Assembly (NCBI GenBank): GCA_964247055.1
Contig: OZ176051.1
Coordinates: forward strand, 14,322,001-14,386,000
DNA from: Paragordius varius
Taxonomy: Eukaryota > Animalia > Nematomorpha
Length of the DNA: 64,000 bases
Direction: 5' to 3'
A model generated the notes under the pieces. That model was not told the DNA's origin, searched no databases, and was given only the letters and a program-made list of their open reading frames with translations. The position numbers and the translations under genes were made by a program. This document shows positions 29,328 through 41,275 of the stretch, in pieces (position 1 is the stretch's first letter; each line of letters opens with the position of its first letter).

Positions 29328-30839
29328 TATAGTGACCAGATAGGCTGTTTTTCGCAGTACTGTACTGGGTTTTCTGAAAAAAACTGCGCCTGTACTGCGC
29401 CCACTTTTGTACTGCTTTTTGAAATAAAAAAATAATTTTTAAATATACATTATTTACCTTTTATTTATTCAAAAAAAATTATTTTAAAATTTAATATAGT
29501 ACCCTCTGTAAAATACTCATAATTTGTAAAGAATGAGGGACAAAACTAATCTGCTCGAAATATACATAAAACATAGGATTACGACCTTTCGCGCAATGGC
29601 AAAACTATAAATCTCGGAGTCTACACCGTAAGATACAGGCTAATGGTTCTTTCACTTAGGGCTTCGTTTAAAATTAAAAATATAATTTATGATATTTTTA
29701 TAAATGTTTGACAGTTAGAAAGTTTATTTTTTGTTACAATTAATAAACGGAAAATTATATAGAAAAATTAATTTATTATATATGGCAGATGATTTCGAAA
29801 TAACCTTTTTTCGTAAATAGAGTTTTTACGATATCCATACTCATTAGATGGTAGGTATGATATTTCTTAATTTTTTTTCTAAACATTAATTTTTATTTTT
29901 TTATACAGTTTAGAGTCTCTTTTTTCCTTTTTAATTAAAGGGCAAGGACTTAAATTGTATCCGGACTTGTGAAGGCTTTAACACTCGCCTGCCCAGGGCT
30001 GACAGTAATGATGGAAAAATTCCGTAGTTCCGGGGTTCGAACTCTGTCATGCAGTGCAAGAGTCCGGCGCCCTACCTACTATACCATCACGCCTCTGAAC
30101 ATTAATTTTTATTAGTTATCTTTTTTTTGCATAAATAAAACAGCGTACTTCATACTGTTTTGAAGCATGATGGAAACTGTATAACGCTTTGAGATATAAT
30201 AAAATTCTTTTTCCAAATAATTCGATGATGTTGAATATTCAGAGTTTAATGTTTGCCTGCAAATTTTGGTGCATTTTTGTGAAAAAAACAATTTTTATTT
30301 ATCATAATTTTGAAAACGAACAAATATTTCAATCAAAATCCGAGTGAGAAAGTAGCATTATCGAATTATATATATAAAATGTTATAACATCCCAACCGTT
30401 TATATCGTTTCAATCATGCTCAAAGTATGAAAGGGAATACGTTTATTTTAAGAGAACGGTTCATTTTAAAAAAGCCAAAATTGGGACTTTTAGAGCCACA
30501 TCTAAAATTCAAAATTTTTAAAATATTGTTTTGCTTTTTATATGGAGTTTATGTTATATTTTAGTGATATTTTTAAACATTTAGCATTCTCCAAAAAATA
30601 TATTTGAAATATTGCGCCCCTTTTGCAATTTTATACGGAGCACTTACTGTAAATAATTTTTTTAATAACTCGTAAAGGTTCTAACCAAAAGCATTATGAT
30701 TATCCTGATATTTCCTATCAGAATATAGATAATTTCATTAGGATATTTTTAACTGTATTCCACACCGATGGTTTAAAAACAAGGCAAAGTATGTTTTAAT
30801 TTTGTACTGCGTTCAAGTTAAAAATATCTGGTCACATTA
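29328..30839. mobile_element. Non-autonomous hAT element inserted in the Gypsy 3' LTR
   Basis: TIRs tatagtgaccagat / atctggtcacatta; perfect 8-bp TSD TAATATAC at 29320-29327 and 30840-30847. Confidence 0.88.
29898..30097 (-). mobile_element. tRNA-derived SINE nested in the hAT element
   Basis: The minus strand reads GGCGTGATGGTATAGTAGGTAG (A box) ... GAGTTCGAACCCC (B box), then a unique body and an A-rich tail. It is flanked by the 16-bp direct repeat aacattaatttttatt (29882-29897 and 30098-30113). Confidence 0.75.
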
Positions 30840-30994
30840 TAATATACTATTATTTTAACCTCGCAACCAACGTTGTAGTATAATATATTATTATTTTAAC
30901 CTCTCAACCACGAGTTTAGTATGATATTGAATAAACTGTAGAATTGAAGGCACTTTACCTTGATAAATATGAATACATTTATACCTCATTTAGT

Positions 30995-31038
<44 letters not shown>

Positions 31039-32206
31039 ATTTTGATATAAAGTCAAAAAGCGTGTATTTTTGAGATACAATAAATATATTCTTTTTACTT
31101 TATCTCCCCTAACATTCAACAACGGGTAATACTGAAAAGCATTGTTTATGGTCTAATAACTATGATAAATCGCATCAAAGCAACGTAATTATCATATCAT
31201 GGTATATGATGTGACCCAGTGGCTATTAGGAAACATTTGGCTACAATTGTTGATTTTACACTGGAAATAGCTACCATTACTGATTTTGTATATCGTCCTA
31301 TTATATATGCGCCACGTTATTTTTATATGGTGAATAATATACAGAGGGTTAGTTCCAACCCATCGACTAAATTAAAAGCGTTAAAAACTATACCCTTTAT
31401 ACTGGAAATATTAATCCCTATTTTTCTATATTTTCTGAACCTGCGCGAATATAAAAAAAATATTTGTAAAAAGAATGTCAAAATACAGTGGCTATGCTAA
31501 GGCCCTGAATATGTTCGATGCATTATAAATCTATTATTAAATTTGGGATTTTCGTGTTTTTCGAGTTGTCTCAAAGCACAATTTTCTCTTATATTATTAA
31601 TTTTTAGGTGGGACTAAATAGGACCTAAATTGTCTCGACTTAGTTAGGCGCATAATTAATAAATTAGAATTTCCATTATTAAATTTCGATAGGCCAAAAC
31701 ATATTTTGGATAGTTTTCTCAAAGTCAGCATTATATATATATATTATATATATATATATATATGTCTGGCTTCTATATAACATGCAAATTGTTTTACACA
31801 AAGCATTATTAAATACACTGTAGCATAAAAAGATCGAATATCTTAAACAGTGAATAAGGCTCCTTGAAAGAGTTTACGTTCTATTTATTGTTAATAATAC
31901 CAGAGATACATAAAATTTAATTAATTCTAATATGGATTATAATGATTAACTTATGAGGTATCTTTTTAAATTTGATTTATACCCAATAATTTCATAATAC
32001 ATTACCAATATAATATTCCATTTTTTGTAATAGTTTTTTTGAGCTTTCTTTGAAAACAGCTGAATAAGGGGTGTGGTACACTGATTAAGTGAGACAAAAT
32101 ATGCAAACAAAGGACTTGATTCCTATCTCCATCTTTACACATTTAATTATTCCAGGCTAATCCAGTAAATATTTGTTACAAGCATTGTTTTATTTTAATC
32201 TTACTT

Positions 32207-33712
32207 TCAACTGAAACAAAGTTTACGATAACGTATGATGAAAATGCCCAGGTAGTGAATAAATCTTCGCCACAAATTAGTATCAACATATATGAATCCC
32301 AATACCAGAATGTTTAGTTCTCCTAAGGCCAAAAGATTAAATATTAAACGCACGGGTAAGATTACAGTGTTCCGGATTACACGATTAACATTACCCGATA
32401 TATACAAGGTATCCACTATAAATTTAGGTAAAATCAATGCAACATACAATAGCATAAGGTACATGATGAACATGGCCTTTTTCACAGCCATATCCCAAAT
32501 GTTGGGTGCCAATTTGATAGTTTCTACTGAAGTTAGCTCCCCTTTAATTGGTAATCTGTATGTTTCATACTCATGATTGTTACTTCGTTTAATAGATGTG
32601 ATAGAAGCGATACGTATATTTCGATTAGCTGTTATTACATCACTCATACTTGCAAACTTTATGGATTGGTATACTAAAGCCGTTATTTTTCCCTTAAAAG
32701 TCTCATGGTAACAAAGAAACCGTTGTCTTGATCGAGCACACGGTTCAGCAACGCTATGACATTTTGAAATATTAGCCATTGATATTCGCATGTGTCGCAA
32801 TCTACGTACCCAAATTAGACGTATAAGGATGGAATTTAATATAATTATTAGCGCTAAGAAGGAACATATTAAAATAATATTGTAAATGAAAAAATAATTG
32901 ACTATTTTAGCGTTAAACTTTGTTACAAACATACATTTTTTCTCAACATTTATGTACGAATTATTGACGCTATAAACTTTAAAGCTGGTATGCTGCATCA
33001 ATCCCTCAGAAAAAGTTGTGATGTCACTTAAGACTGATATCGCATTATGATATTCCGAAGTTTTTATCATTCCTTCTTTCTCATTTATCGTGGATGTATT
33101 ATCACCTATTCTATCCATAATATGCTTAACATATATTTCCTGAGTGTCGAACAAATATATTGCTGGTAAATTTAGGGCGAAAAATATTACAGTATTCACT
33201 ATAATGGAAAGGTAAAGGTATGATTTACTTTGTCTCAATTGTGTAATTCGATGTCCCCGTTTGATACATTCAATCCGATCCCAAAAAAAGTAGAGGCGAC
33301 AAAACATGTTCATTTTGAAGATGGATGTAGTTGTCACAAATATGACTCTACGTGCCCATAATAAAGTTGAACAGTGCTGGAAATATATCTGATGCGCATC
33401 CAGGATACGTTCGAAAACACGTATAAAAGTTAGAGCTATATAACACCAATTATAGTAACAATTCCATTTTAGGAAGTAGTAGGCATTGATGTTTTTGTTT
33501 AAAACAGTATTATCCTGGTCTCGAACAACTTTGTACAAAATAAATGTACAAATGAAACCTAAAATGAGTAATAGGCATTTGGCTATTATATACGCATATT
33601 CTTCAGCTAATCGAAATGTTGAATGTTTATTGCTGACACAGAATGAACCAAGACATGTTTCATTATTTATATAATAGTAGTTTTCGAGCGTGAAACTAAG
33701 TGTGGTCATCAT
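32207..33712 (-). CDS. Intronless divergent class A-like 7TM receptor, 501 aa
   Basis: Intact ATG-to-stop ORF with seven hydrophobic helices and an N-terminal sequon (NET). Conserved positions: TM3 Cys (HCSTLL), DRY-like FFWDRIECI, TM4 Pro (NLPAIY), ECL2 Cys (KKCMF), TM6 Pro (LILPKF) and TM7/H8 GFIYVDTNLWRRF. Long ECL2 and ICL3. Confidence 0.85.
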   Translation of the reverse strand: MMTTLSFTLENYYYINNETCLGSFCVSNKHSTFRLAEEYAYIIAKCLLLILGFICTFILYKVVRDQDNTVLNKNINAYYFLKWNCYYNWCYIALTFIRVFERILDAHQIYFQHCSTLLWARRVIFVTTTSIFKMNMFCRLYFFWDRIECIKRGHRITQLRQSKSYLYLSIIVNTVIFFALNLPAIYLFDTQEIYVKHIMDRIGDNTSTINEKEGMIKTSEYHNAISVLSDITTFSEGLMQHTSFKVYSVNNSYINVEKKCMFVTKFNAKIVNYFFIYNIILICSFLALIIILNSILIRLIWVRRLRHMRISMANISKCHSVAEPCARSRQRFLCYHETFKGKITALVYQSIKFASMSDVITANRNIRIASITSIKRSNNHEYETYRLPIKGELTSVETIKLAPNIWDMAVKKAMFIMYLMLLYVALILPKFIVDTLYISGNVNRVIRNTVILPVRLIFNLLALGELNILVLGFIYVDTNLWRRFIHYLGIFIIRYRKLCFS

Positions 33713-34389
33713 TGATTAAATTTACAAAAGTTTTTGGCAACAATATTTATATTACAAATTACTTTTATTCCAATAATGTGCCATCATTTACCTTTCTAAT
33801 TACCAATAGGTATTTCATTAATATGATATATTATTAATTAATTTTGTTCCAAATTTAATTTTATATAAATTTAAAATTAAATCTAATTATTAATAACTTT
33901 TTATTCATACAGTATATACATCTGGTTTTAGGCGGATCATATTAAATTAGCTTTTTACATGCGATTTAATCTTTTTAATTTTATTTTTCTATATTATTTA
34001 TGAAGACACGTAGCCTCTTATTCCCATTTAATTTTAATAATTTATATCAATGGTTAAATTTAAAATAAATAGGGAACATCCCGCGACCTAAAAAAGTCTA
34101 TTCATAAATATATCTCATCAGTTTTTAGATCCATGAGGCTTTTTAAAATTATATAAATATGAATAAAGATTAAGCAGGTGTATCAATGTGTTACAACACA
34201 TAGCTATCAAAGCTTTATCTAAAAATAAAATTTAAAAGGTAGATCATATTTTTTTAGAATAAAAAGGCATTAGTTTGATAGATTTAAGCTAACTCAACAT
34301 GGTAAATGATTATAATGCATACCCGTATTCCAGGGAAGCCATGTAAATTTGATTACAAACGCATATCCAAATTTTACTATTACATTGCT

Positions 34390-34770
34390 TTAAGAATGAA
34401 TCGTGTACCGGTTGGAGGGAGGGAAATATTGTCGACAGAACGGGATTATCCTACAAAATAAACGACAGGGGCAAAGTTATTGGCAAACATGCTGACCAAT
34501 CAAAAAATCGTATAGACAAGTCTGCTGAGGAAGACGGTAAGCCATCCATATCCACCGATAACTCACACATTAGCAAAATGCTATCTCATACATCCTCCTC
34601 AACCTAAAGCAACCCTACGGAACACGAAATAATAACACGTGAAAACATAAACAAGCGTCTATATTCGGCACAAGTTAGATTATTCCCAGACAAACAAATG
34701 AAGCTTCTTCAACTACTACTCATCGGTACCCGATCCAGTCCCGGAAACGCCACCGATATCAAGCTCAAAA
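34390..34770 (+). mobile_element. Gypsy integrase C-terminal fragment
   Basis: GWREGNIVDRTGLSYKINDRGKVIGKHADQSKNR matches the W..G.I....G..SY.V......RH.DQL pattern at the end of Gypsy pol. Confidence 0.6.
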
Positions 34771-37700
34771 AAGGTATGTTAATGGGTTAATTATTATACC
34801 GTTATTTTCACGTTACCTCTATACATATTAACTTGGTTTTGAATTCAAATGATTTTAGTTACCATCCTACGTTAACTATTCTCTCTCTATATATATATAT
34901 ATATAATGACCATTTTAACGTATAATTTGTTTTATTGCCTCAAAAAAAGAAAAATCAAGGTGTTTGGATATATAGTGGAACAGTTTTGGAATTAACGGTT
35001 CTTTATTAAAAAAATGGAAAAGGAACCGAAATCAGAAAAAACTGACTTCAAACCTGACCAAACGGTTCCGGTTTAAATTCCTTTTTTTACCATACTAAAG
35101 CTAAATATTTTAAGTTTTATTCCAATCAATAGTCCGCTCTGTAATATAATCTCGAAGAGAAAAATAACTATTATAATTAAATTATTATTATCAGGAATGC
35201 CTAAACTTAGCAACTCTCAAAATAAAAAATTGAAATTGAAAGAATTTTATAAAATTAAAATAAAGGTAGCAATCACAATATTTTCATAACGCTAATAATC
35301 ATGTTGAAATATCAATTTCACTTTACTGCCCAACAACAGGGCCGCTATATTTTTAGATAATAATAATTTAACAACATCTCTGCCTAACAATGAGGCAGTC
35401 GCAGTATTTTTAAATAACAAAATAACAACACCTCTGGACCGTAATAATTTGGAAAATAATAATTTAACAAGACCTCTGCCTAACAATGGCGCCTCCCTAT
35501 TTTTCGACAAAATCCATACTATAGAGGACCTTAATAATATTAGTAATAATACGATAAAAAATAAATGTGGATTATATATATAATATTATATATTTATGTT
35601 TAGGGATGCAGTTTAAATGAATATTTAAATTTTTTGATGTTTTTATTACCTAAGGATTGTCACTATTTTTAGGACAGGCTTTTTCTAAAAATTTTTTTTT
35701 TCGGGCCACGCATTCGAACGCAGTTTGAATACTGCTTTTATACAACAACTATATTTAACTAAGTCGATTTTTTCGCTCAGAAACTAATATCATTATAATT
35801 ATCAAAACATTTGCTAAGCAAACCGTCGTTTTCAAAGGAATGGGGTTGAATGTGCATGTTTTTTTCACGTTTTGGACGGGCCACATTTCATCTCGCTCAC
35901 GGGGCTTGAATTTGATTATATTTTTGTAAAGCTAGGGATTGCGGGGAGGGGGCGCCATCGAGGATTCATTCACCATGCGCCAGAAATGCAAAAGTTATAA
36001 TTTGAAAAATAGACATGAATTTAAACCTGAGTTTCGGTAGGCATTGACATGTATATAATAAAGCGTCTAAAATGCAAAAATATTAAATGTCAATAATTCA
36101 ATTTAAGTATCAATTTTGTATAATATCGGTTTGTATATCTGTTTTTATTGAAATTGAAACTTGTCGCTTGAGAAATAAAAACAAATATAAGCATTTTAAA
36201 TATAAATACCAAAATACTATAATCGTCTAGTTTAAATTGAACAAGCTTTATAATTTATGAACTGCCCATCTAATCTCCAAGGGTTATTATCAAAGTTAAG
36301 TATAGTGCAAAAAGCACCAGACAATGTTGATATTATGATTTATAATATAAAGATTATTCTTTAACAAAATTTTCAAATTTTATACTTTATACGAAAAAAT
36401 CTATTTTTTTATAAAGTCGCTTTTCATAAATATCAAGGCTCATTTGAACAACACATATAAATTATGTTTTTTAAATCCAATAAATATCAATTAAATTTTT
36501 GCAAACGGAACATTAAAATGTTAGTTAATTTTATGTATATTCGGAAAACTATCTAAACAGTTGTTTATTTACAATGAAGAGCTCTGCAACCCTAATTTGT
36601 TAGCGCGGACAAAAAAGTGAGAAGGTCATGAAGTGTCAAATAATTCTCTCTCAAACAAACTCGCAGAATGTTATCCAAATTATTATAAACTCCGACATGA
36701 ACTTAATTCCAATTTTAAAAAGAAGATTTATTTCATAAAATATTATTTTTGTGCGCACTGTTACCAAATGGTGATTAGTCTATCATACAGGTTTGAGCAA
36801 AGCGTCAAGAGGTTTTCAATAATTGGGCCAACAATACGATTAGAATCACGTTTAATTATGAATATAAATGCTGATGTAATGAGACGGTTAATACTCTAGA
36901 ATATCTATTTAGTTGGTTATCTCTTAACAATGTGCATTTTAAGAGGAATTTTTGGAATTATTGGAATATTTTAAATCTAAATTTAATTTAAGAAGTCAAT
37001 TATATTCATTTTTAAATGAAAGTTGCGGATCGTTTTCTAAATAAACCATATTTCTTTTATGTGTGGTTCCTGACTAAACAATATTCAAGATAAATTCTAT
37101 TTTGTTTTACAAATTCGTAAAACCTGTGTAAATATGAGTTAAAGAATATTTATCTAAATTATTATTAAGATTGTTTGAAATAATATTTTGTTAACGTTCT
37201 CGAAATTATAGAATCTCCACATGATAAAAACAATAAGTATTGAGTAGTGTGGCTTATAAATTTTATATAAATAAACTTTTTGTCTTGTCGGATATAGTTA
37301 CGCATTTAAACTGGTGAAATTTCGGGAAGCAGGGGGAGCAGTGCAGGGGCCCAATGCAAACCAGAAGCTTTAATCCTTTCATCAAATTTTAATTGGGCCA
37401 CTTTTTATTGTGCAGGGGGGAGGGGGTGGGTACAATTTATAGCTTCGGCAATGATCCCAACTCAAAATGACTTATTAAAAATATATTTTAAGATGTATTT
37501 ATTATTTATTTATGCACTACTAGATAATGGCCATTTTAAATAATAACATGAGTCATTGTGTATATCTGATAACATTAGCTTGTGGTGATTATTGCTCGAA
37601 TGCATACCCTGATCACACATACCTATCTGCCGTTAATCTGTTCCCAAAACAGAATCCACTCTTGGAGAAAATGATAATGGAAAATCACAAAAAACATGCC

Positions 37701-38291
37701 TAAATTTGATTTTTATGATTAATTTTTTTAGATTAAATTTTATATGCAAATAAAACGAAGTCGCATATATTAGTTAATGATGATTAATGTCAGTGTTTTA
37801 AACGTTAACGAATCACACTTTACCGATGAATATTCCGAATTTTTCATCATAACAAAATCCACAAAAATTTTATGAAATTTGAATTATTATATTCCCATCC
37901 AAAATAAAATGAATGATAATTTGGGAAAATCATAATATTGGGACGGTCTGTTGAAAATAATGTTATGATAATAAGAAACGATAAATTATTTATTCGTAAA
38001 AATCAATCAAGCTATATTTGGTTATATTAAGTCAAATGGCTAAATATAATTTTTTATAATTCTTCTATTTATTTTTCTTTTACAATGTGTTGTCTTTATA
38101 AATATGTAAGAATTTATTATATATTATCGTAACCCCTAGATGTATTTACTATTTAAATCAATGAAAAAAGCTTGCCCATTATTATTTAACTGTAAGAGAT
38201 TTAAAAAGACATATATAACTATTTACCGAATATATAATCCATATTTTACCCTGATAATTAAAATATTTGAATATGATAATTATAGAAATAA

Positions 38292-40606
38292 TCTATATAT
38301 TTATAAAAAAATGGTGGCTTTGTGATCTGTTTTCAGAAAACCGGTAGGATCATTCAAATCCAAATAGCGAAATATAATCATTAAGGAATGCCCCGACAAT
38401 AGCTTTGCCCCTTTTTGAATTAGGCTCCCAGTTCGGGCCCACCCCGTGTAAAAACGGGGTTTTTTGAAAACAGAAGACACAAAAACCTTGTCTTTGAGAC
38501 AATTTCCCGGAAAACGTCCTGGACCATTCGATTTCAAATATAGTTTTTTTTACTTATTTTCGATTGGGCCGAACATAATCAGTTTTTTAATTTAGGCCCT
38601 CTTTTTACCCGCTCCCCCCACCCCCGTAAAATGCCATTTTTTTATAAATATTGTCCAGAAAAATAAATTTTTGAAAATATTTTTTTCTCAAGGTATGAGA
38701 CTGTAAAAATTCAATAAGGATTCCAGGTATTCCCTGTTAAAAGGCAAAAATTTTAGTCAAGCGTTACCTTCATATCGAAATAGCGTGCTTTTGAGGCTAA
38801 ATTTCAATAACCTCTCCCATATGAGTTCAATAACTGCTTAAAGTATTACCCGTAGATAGTAAAAAATTTAAGTCGAGCGGATTTTTTAAAGTAGCCGTTA
38901 AATAGGCCCTTTACTCTCTAAAAAATGCGCTATCATTGAACTATTATTTATTTGAAGCCATTCTTCCATAAACTATTATTAATAACATATGGAATGAATG
39001 ATGTTCCAGGTATTCCCGTATAAAGGCAAATTTTTTTATCTAACTACATTTTTATATTGGCCTCTGGGTAGGGGGCTACCCGCCTACAACTGCGCCATCA
39101 TAACAGCATGTTAAAATTGTCTATCTCAATATTCTCCCTGTTAAAAGGTAAAAATTTTAGTCAAGCGTTTCTTTGATGATAGCTGCTCGGTAAGGAGATA
39201 CCCGCTAAAAACTGACCATCATATCGAAATAGCGTGCTTTTGGGGCTAAATTTCAAAAAACCTCTCAGGCCATGTGAGTTCAATAACTGCTTAAAATATT
39301 ACCCGTAACAAGACAAAAATTTAAGTCGTGCGATTTTTTAAAAATTAGCCGTTAATAAAGCCTTTCACGCCCTGAAAAATGCGTTACCATAGAGTAATTT
39401 TTTAATTTTGAGGCAATTTATCCGAAAACTAATGAGACCATATGATATCAATCATTTCCAGGTATTCTCTGTAAAAAAATATTAATTAACGCTTTTTTTG
39501 TATCAGCCTCTGGGGACGGAGCTATCGGCTTACAACTGCGCCACCATATCAAAATTGCGTTGTTTAGGAGTTAGTAGAAAACCTATCAGGCCCGCAAAAA
39601 TTTGGGTCGGGCGGATTTTTAATTAGCGGTTAATTAGGTTCTGTGTAGAGGGCTACTCGCGTAAAAATGCGTGAAGTATATCGATACAGCATGTCTTTGT
39701 AGCCAAATTTCAGAAATGAGACTATGTGAGTTCAATAAGGGATCAAATATTAATTACCCCTTAAAAAGCAAATATTTAAGTATAGGGGGTTAAATGAGTG
39801 GCTAAGAAAAGTTTAATGCCCTCAAAAATCCGCCGCCATAGAACAATTTTTTGTGAAGCAATATTTCTAAGAATAGAAACATATTGACATTTTAATTCCA
39901 GATATTCCCCATATAAAGACAAAAAATTTGCCCCACGCTTTTTTATACCTGCTTCTGGGTAAGCTACCCAATGCGTGGTTTTGGAACTAATTTAAAACTT
40001 ATGCCATATGAGCTCATTTAAAGTTCGAAATAATACTCGTAACTAGGTAAAATCAAGGTGAGGTCTTTTTTTATTAGCCGTTAATTTGAGGCCTTTATGG
40101 CCTAAAAATACGCCATCATATAACGATTATTTAGTGTTAAGGTATTCTTTCGAATAAGCTATAAGACGATGGTCTCAAAGATCATTCAAAATATTTTCCC
40201 TAAAAAGGCAAAAAATTTAACCTAGCGCTTTTTCCATGTAAGCTGATGGGTAGGTGTCTACCGGTTTAAAACTGAGATGCCATACGAAAATGGCCGGGCT
40301 TAGGAGCTAATTTAAAGTTTTAAGAAGCCATATGTGTTCAATAAAGGCTTTAAATATTACTCATAAAAAGGTAAAAAATATAGTATAGCGTTTTTTTCGT
40401 TAGCCGTCAATTTGGGGCCTTTACACCAGTAAACAATATATTAGTGAATGCAATGTTTTGAAAATCCTATGAGATCCTAGCTATTAAATAATGTTTCGAA
40501 ATAATCCACATATAATGATCCCTTTTTCCAAAAAGCGCCCCCGTCCCCCTTCCCAGAAGTCCGAAGGACTTCCTCGGGCCACCTAGCAGCACGAGATTTA
40601 CACCAG
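38292..40606 (+). mobile_element. Non-autonomous Helitron with an internal tandem-repeat array, inserted in an intron of the FERM pseudogene
   Basis: 5' end A|TCTATATATTTATAAAA at 38291/38292. The 3' end has the hairpin gaagtcc-gaa-ggacttc and a GC-rich subterminal segment, then CCAG|T at 40603-40607. The interior is ~140-330-bp diverged repeats (ccaggtattccctgttaaaaggcaaaaa...). It is absent from the parent intron. Confidence 0.8.
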
Positions 40607-41275
40607 TTGTCAATAATAATTCTCTTGGAGAGCCGTCAGATTGTAGCTTAAAACTGAATAATTAACTTCCGAATCTCTGAGAAATATATCATATATAAAA
40701 AATTTTATATGTGAAGCTTAAACACAGTCAAAATATAAAAAAATACTAGGTGCAAAAATGCAAACAAAAAAAATAATCAATGGACCCTGAGAGCACAGAG
40801 ATTTATTTTATTTTTTTATTATATATAAAAGATTTTATAGCGTAAAAAACTTCTATTAATACTTTCAAATTTTTAGGAATTTTCAGCTGAATTTTTACAA
40901 GACCAATTAATTTTATTAGAAACAACAGTATAATTTTTATATGAAGCGTATCCATCCGCATTTATTTTTGTTTACTGATAATATAATGTTTTTTCAAAAA
41001 TATTACTTTTTTGCGTTTTATTTTTAACAAACCCATTAAAAACTTTACCCTTTGCATTTATAAAATTCATGGGATTTTATATTTGATATTTTACAGATAA
41101 ATTTGGTTTTACCATTTTTTAGTAAATTTTCAACATAATGAACGACGTTAAATAGAACTCAAACAATTTTTTATGCGTTAAATTACCTTAAGACACTACG
41201 GCACCTTAATTGGTATTGTTTCGACATTTTATAACTGAGTCCATTTTTTCATCCGAAATCATTAGGCCATTTTAA

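Larger units (their letters stand above)
25870..31121 (+). mobile_element. Full-length but decayed Ty3/Gypsy LTR retrotransposon with 5-bp TSD ACGGG
   Basis: The 5' LTR is 25870-26185 (TGTTA...TAACA), followed by a TGG PBS-like site. PPT agaaggggg lies at 29267-29275. The 3' LTR is 29279-31121, interrupted by a hAT. TSD ACGGG sits at 25865-25869 and 31122-31126. Internal remnants in PR-RT-RH-IN order: HTGPDVSV, IPTFDELVSKIG...FTKIVLKDAYL, RMPFGL, VYLDD, IETNASDLGFG...IAYA, LHIDIAGP...IVRDNASDF...TPYHPKSNG. Confidence 0.92.
25200..31500 (+). pseudogene. Candidate decayed 7TM receptor pseudogene split by the Gypsy element (pieces ~25200-25869 and 31127-31500)
   Basis: Removing the Gypsy and one ACGGG copy gives one frame: TCQKSAHDFYFLR|VILKSIVYGLITMINRIKAT*LSYHGI*CDPVAIRKHLATIVDFTLEIATITDFVYRPIIYAPRYFYMV...KTIPFILEILIPIFLYFLNLREYKKNI. 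This resembles TM5-TM7 plus helix 8. The upstream piece IFKVTFCLYGVAFTEGEAL loosely parallels IFKMNMFCRLYFFWDRIEC of the neighbouring receptors. Several stops and frameshifts are present. Confidence 0.4.

Noticed and set aside
30020-30095. Functional tRNA gene
   Set aside because: A and B boxes are present, but the acceptor, anticodon and T stems do not pair properly. The TSD and A-tail indicate a SINE.
36633-36899. 88-aa ORF as a gene or an upstream FERM exon
   Set aside because: Its first part aligns with intronic sequence of the parent (~1470-1530), and no FERM motif or protein signature is recognisable.
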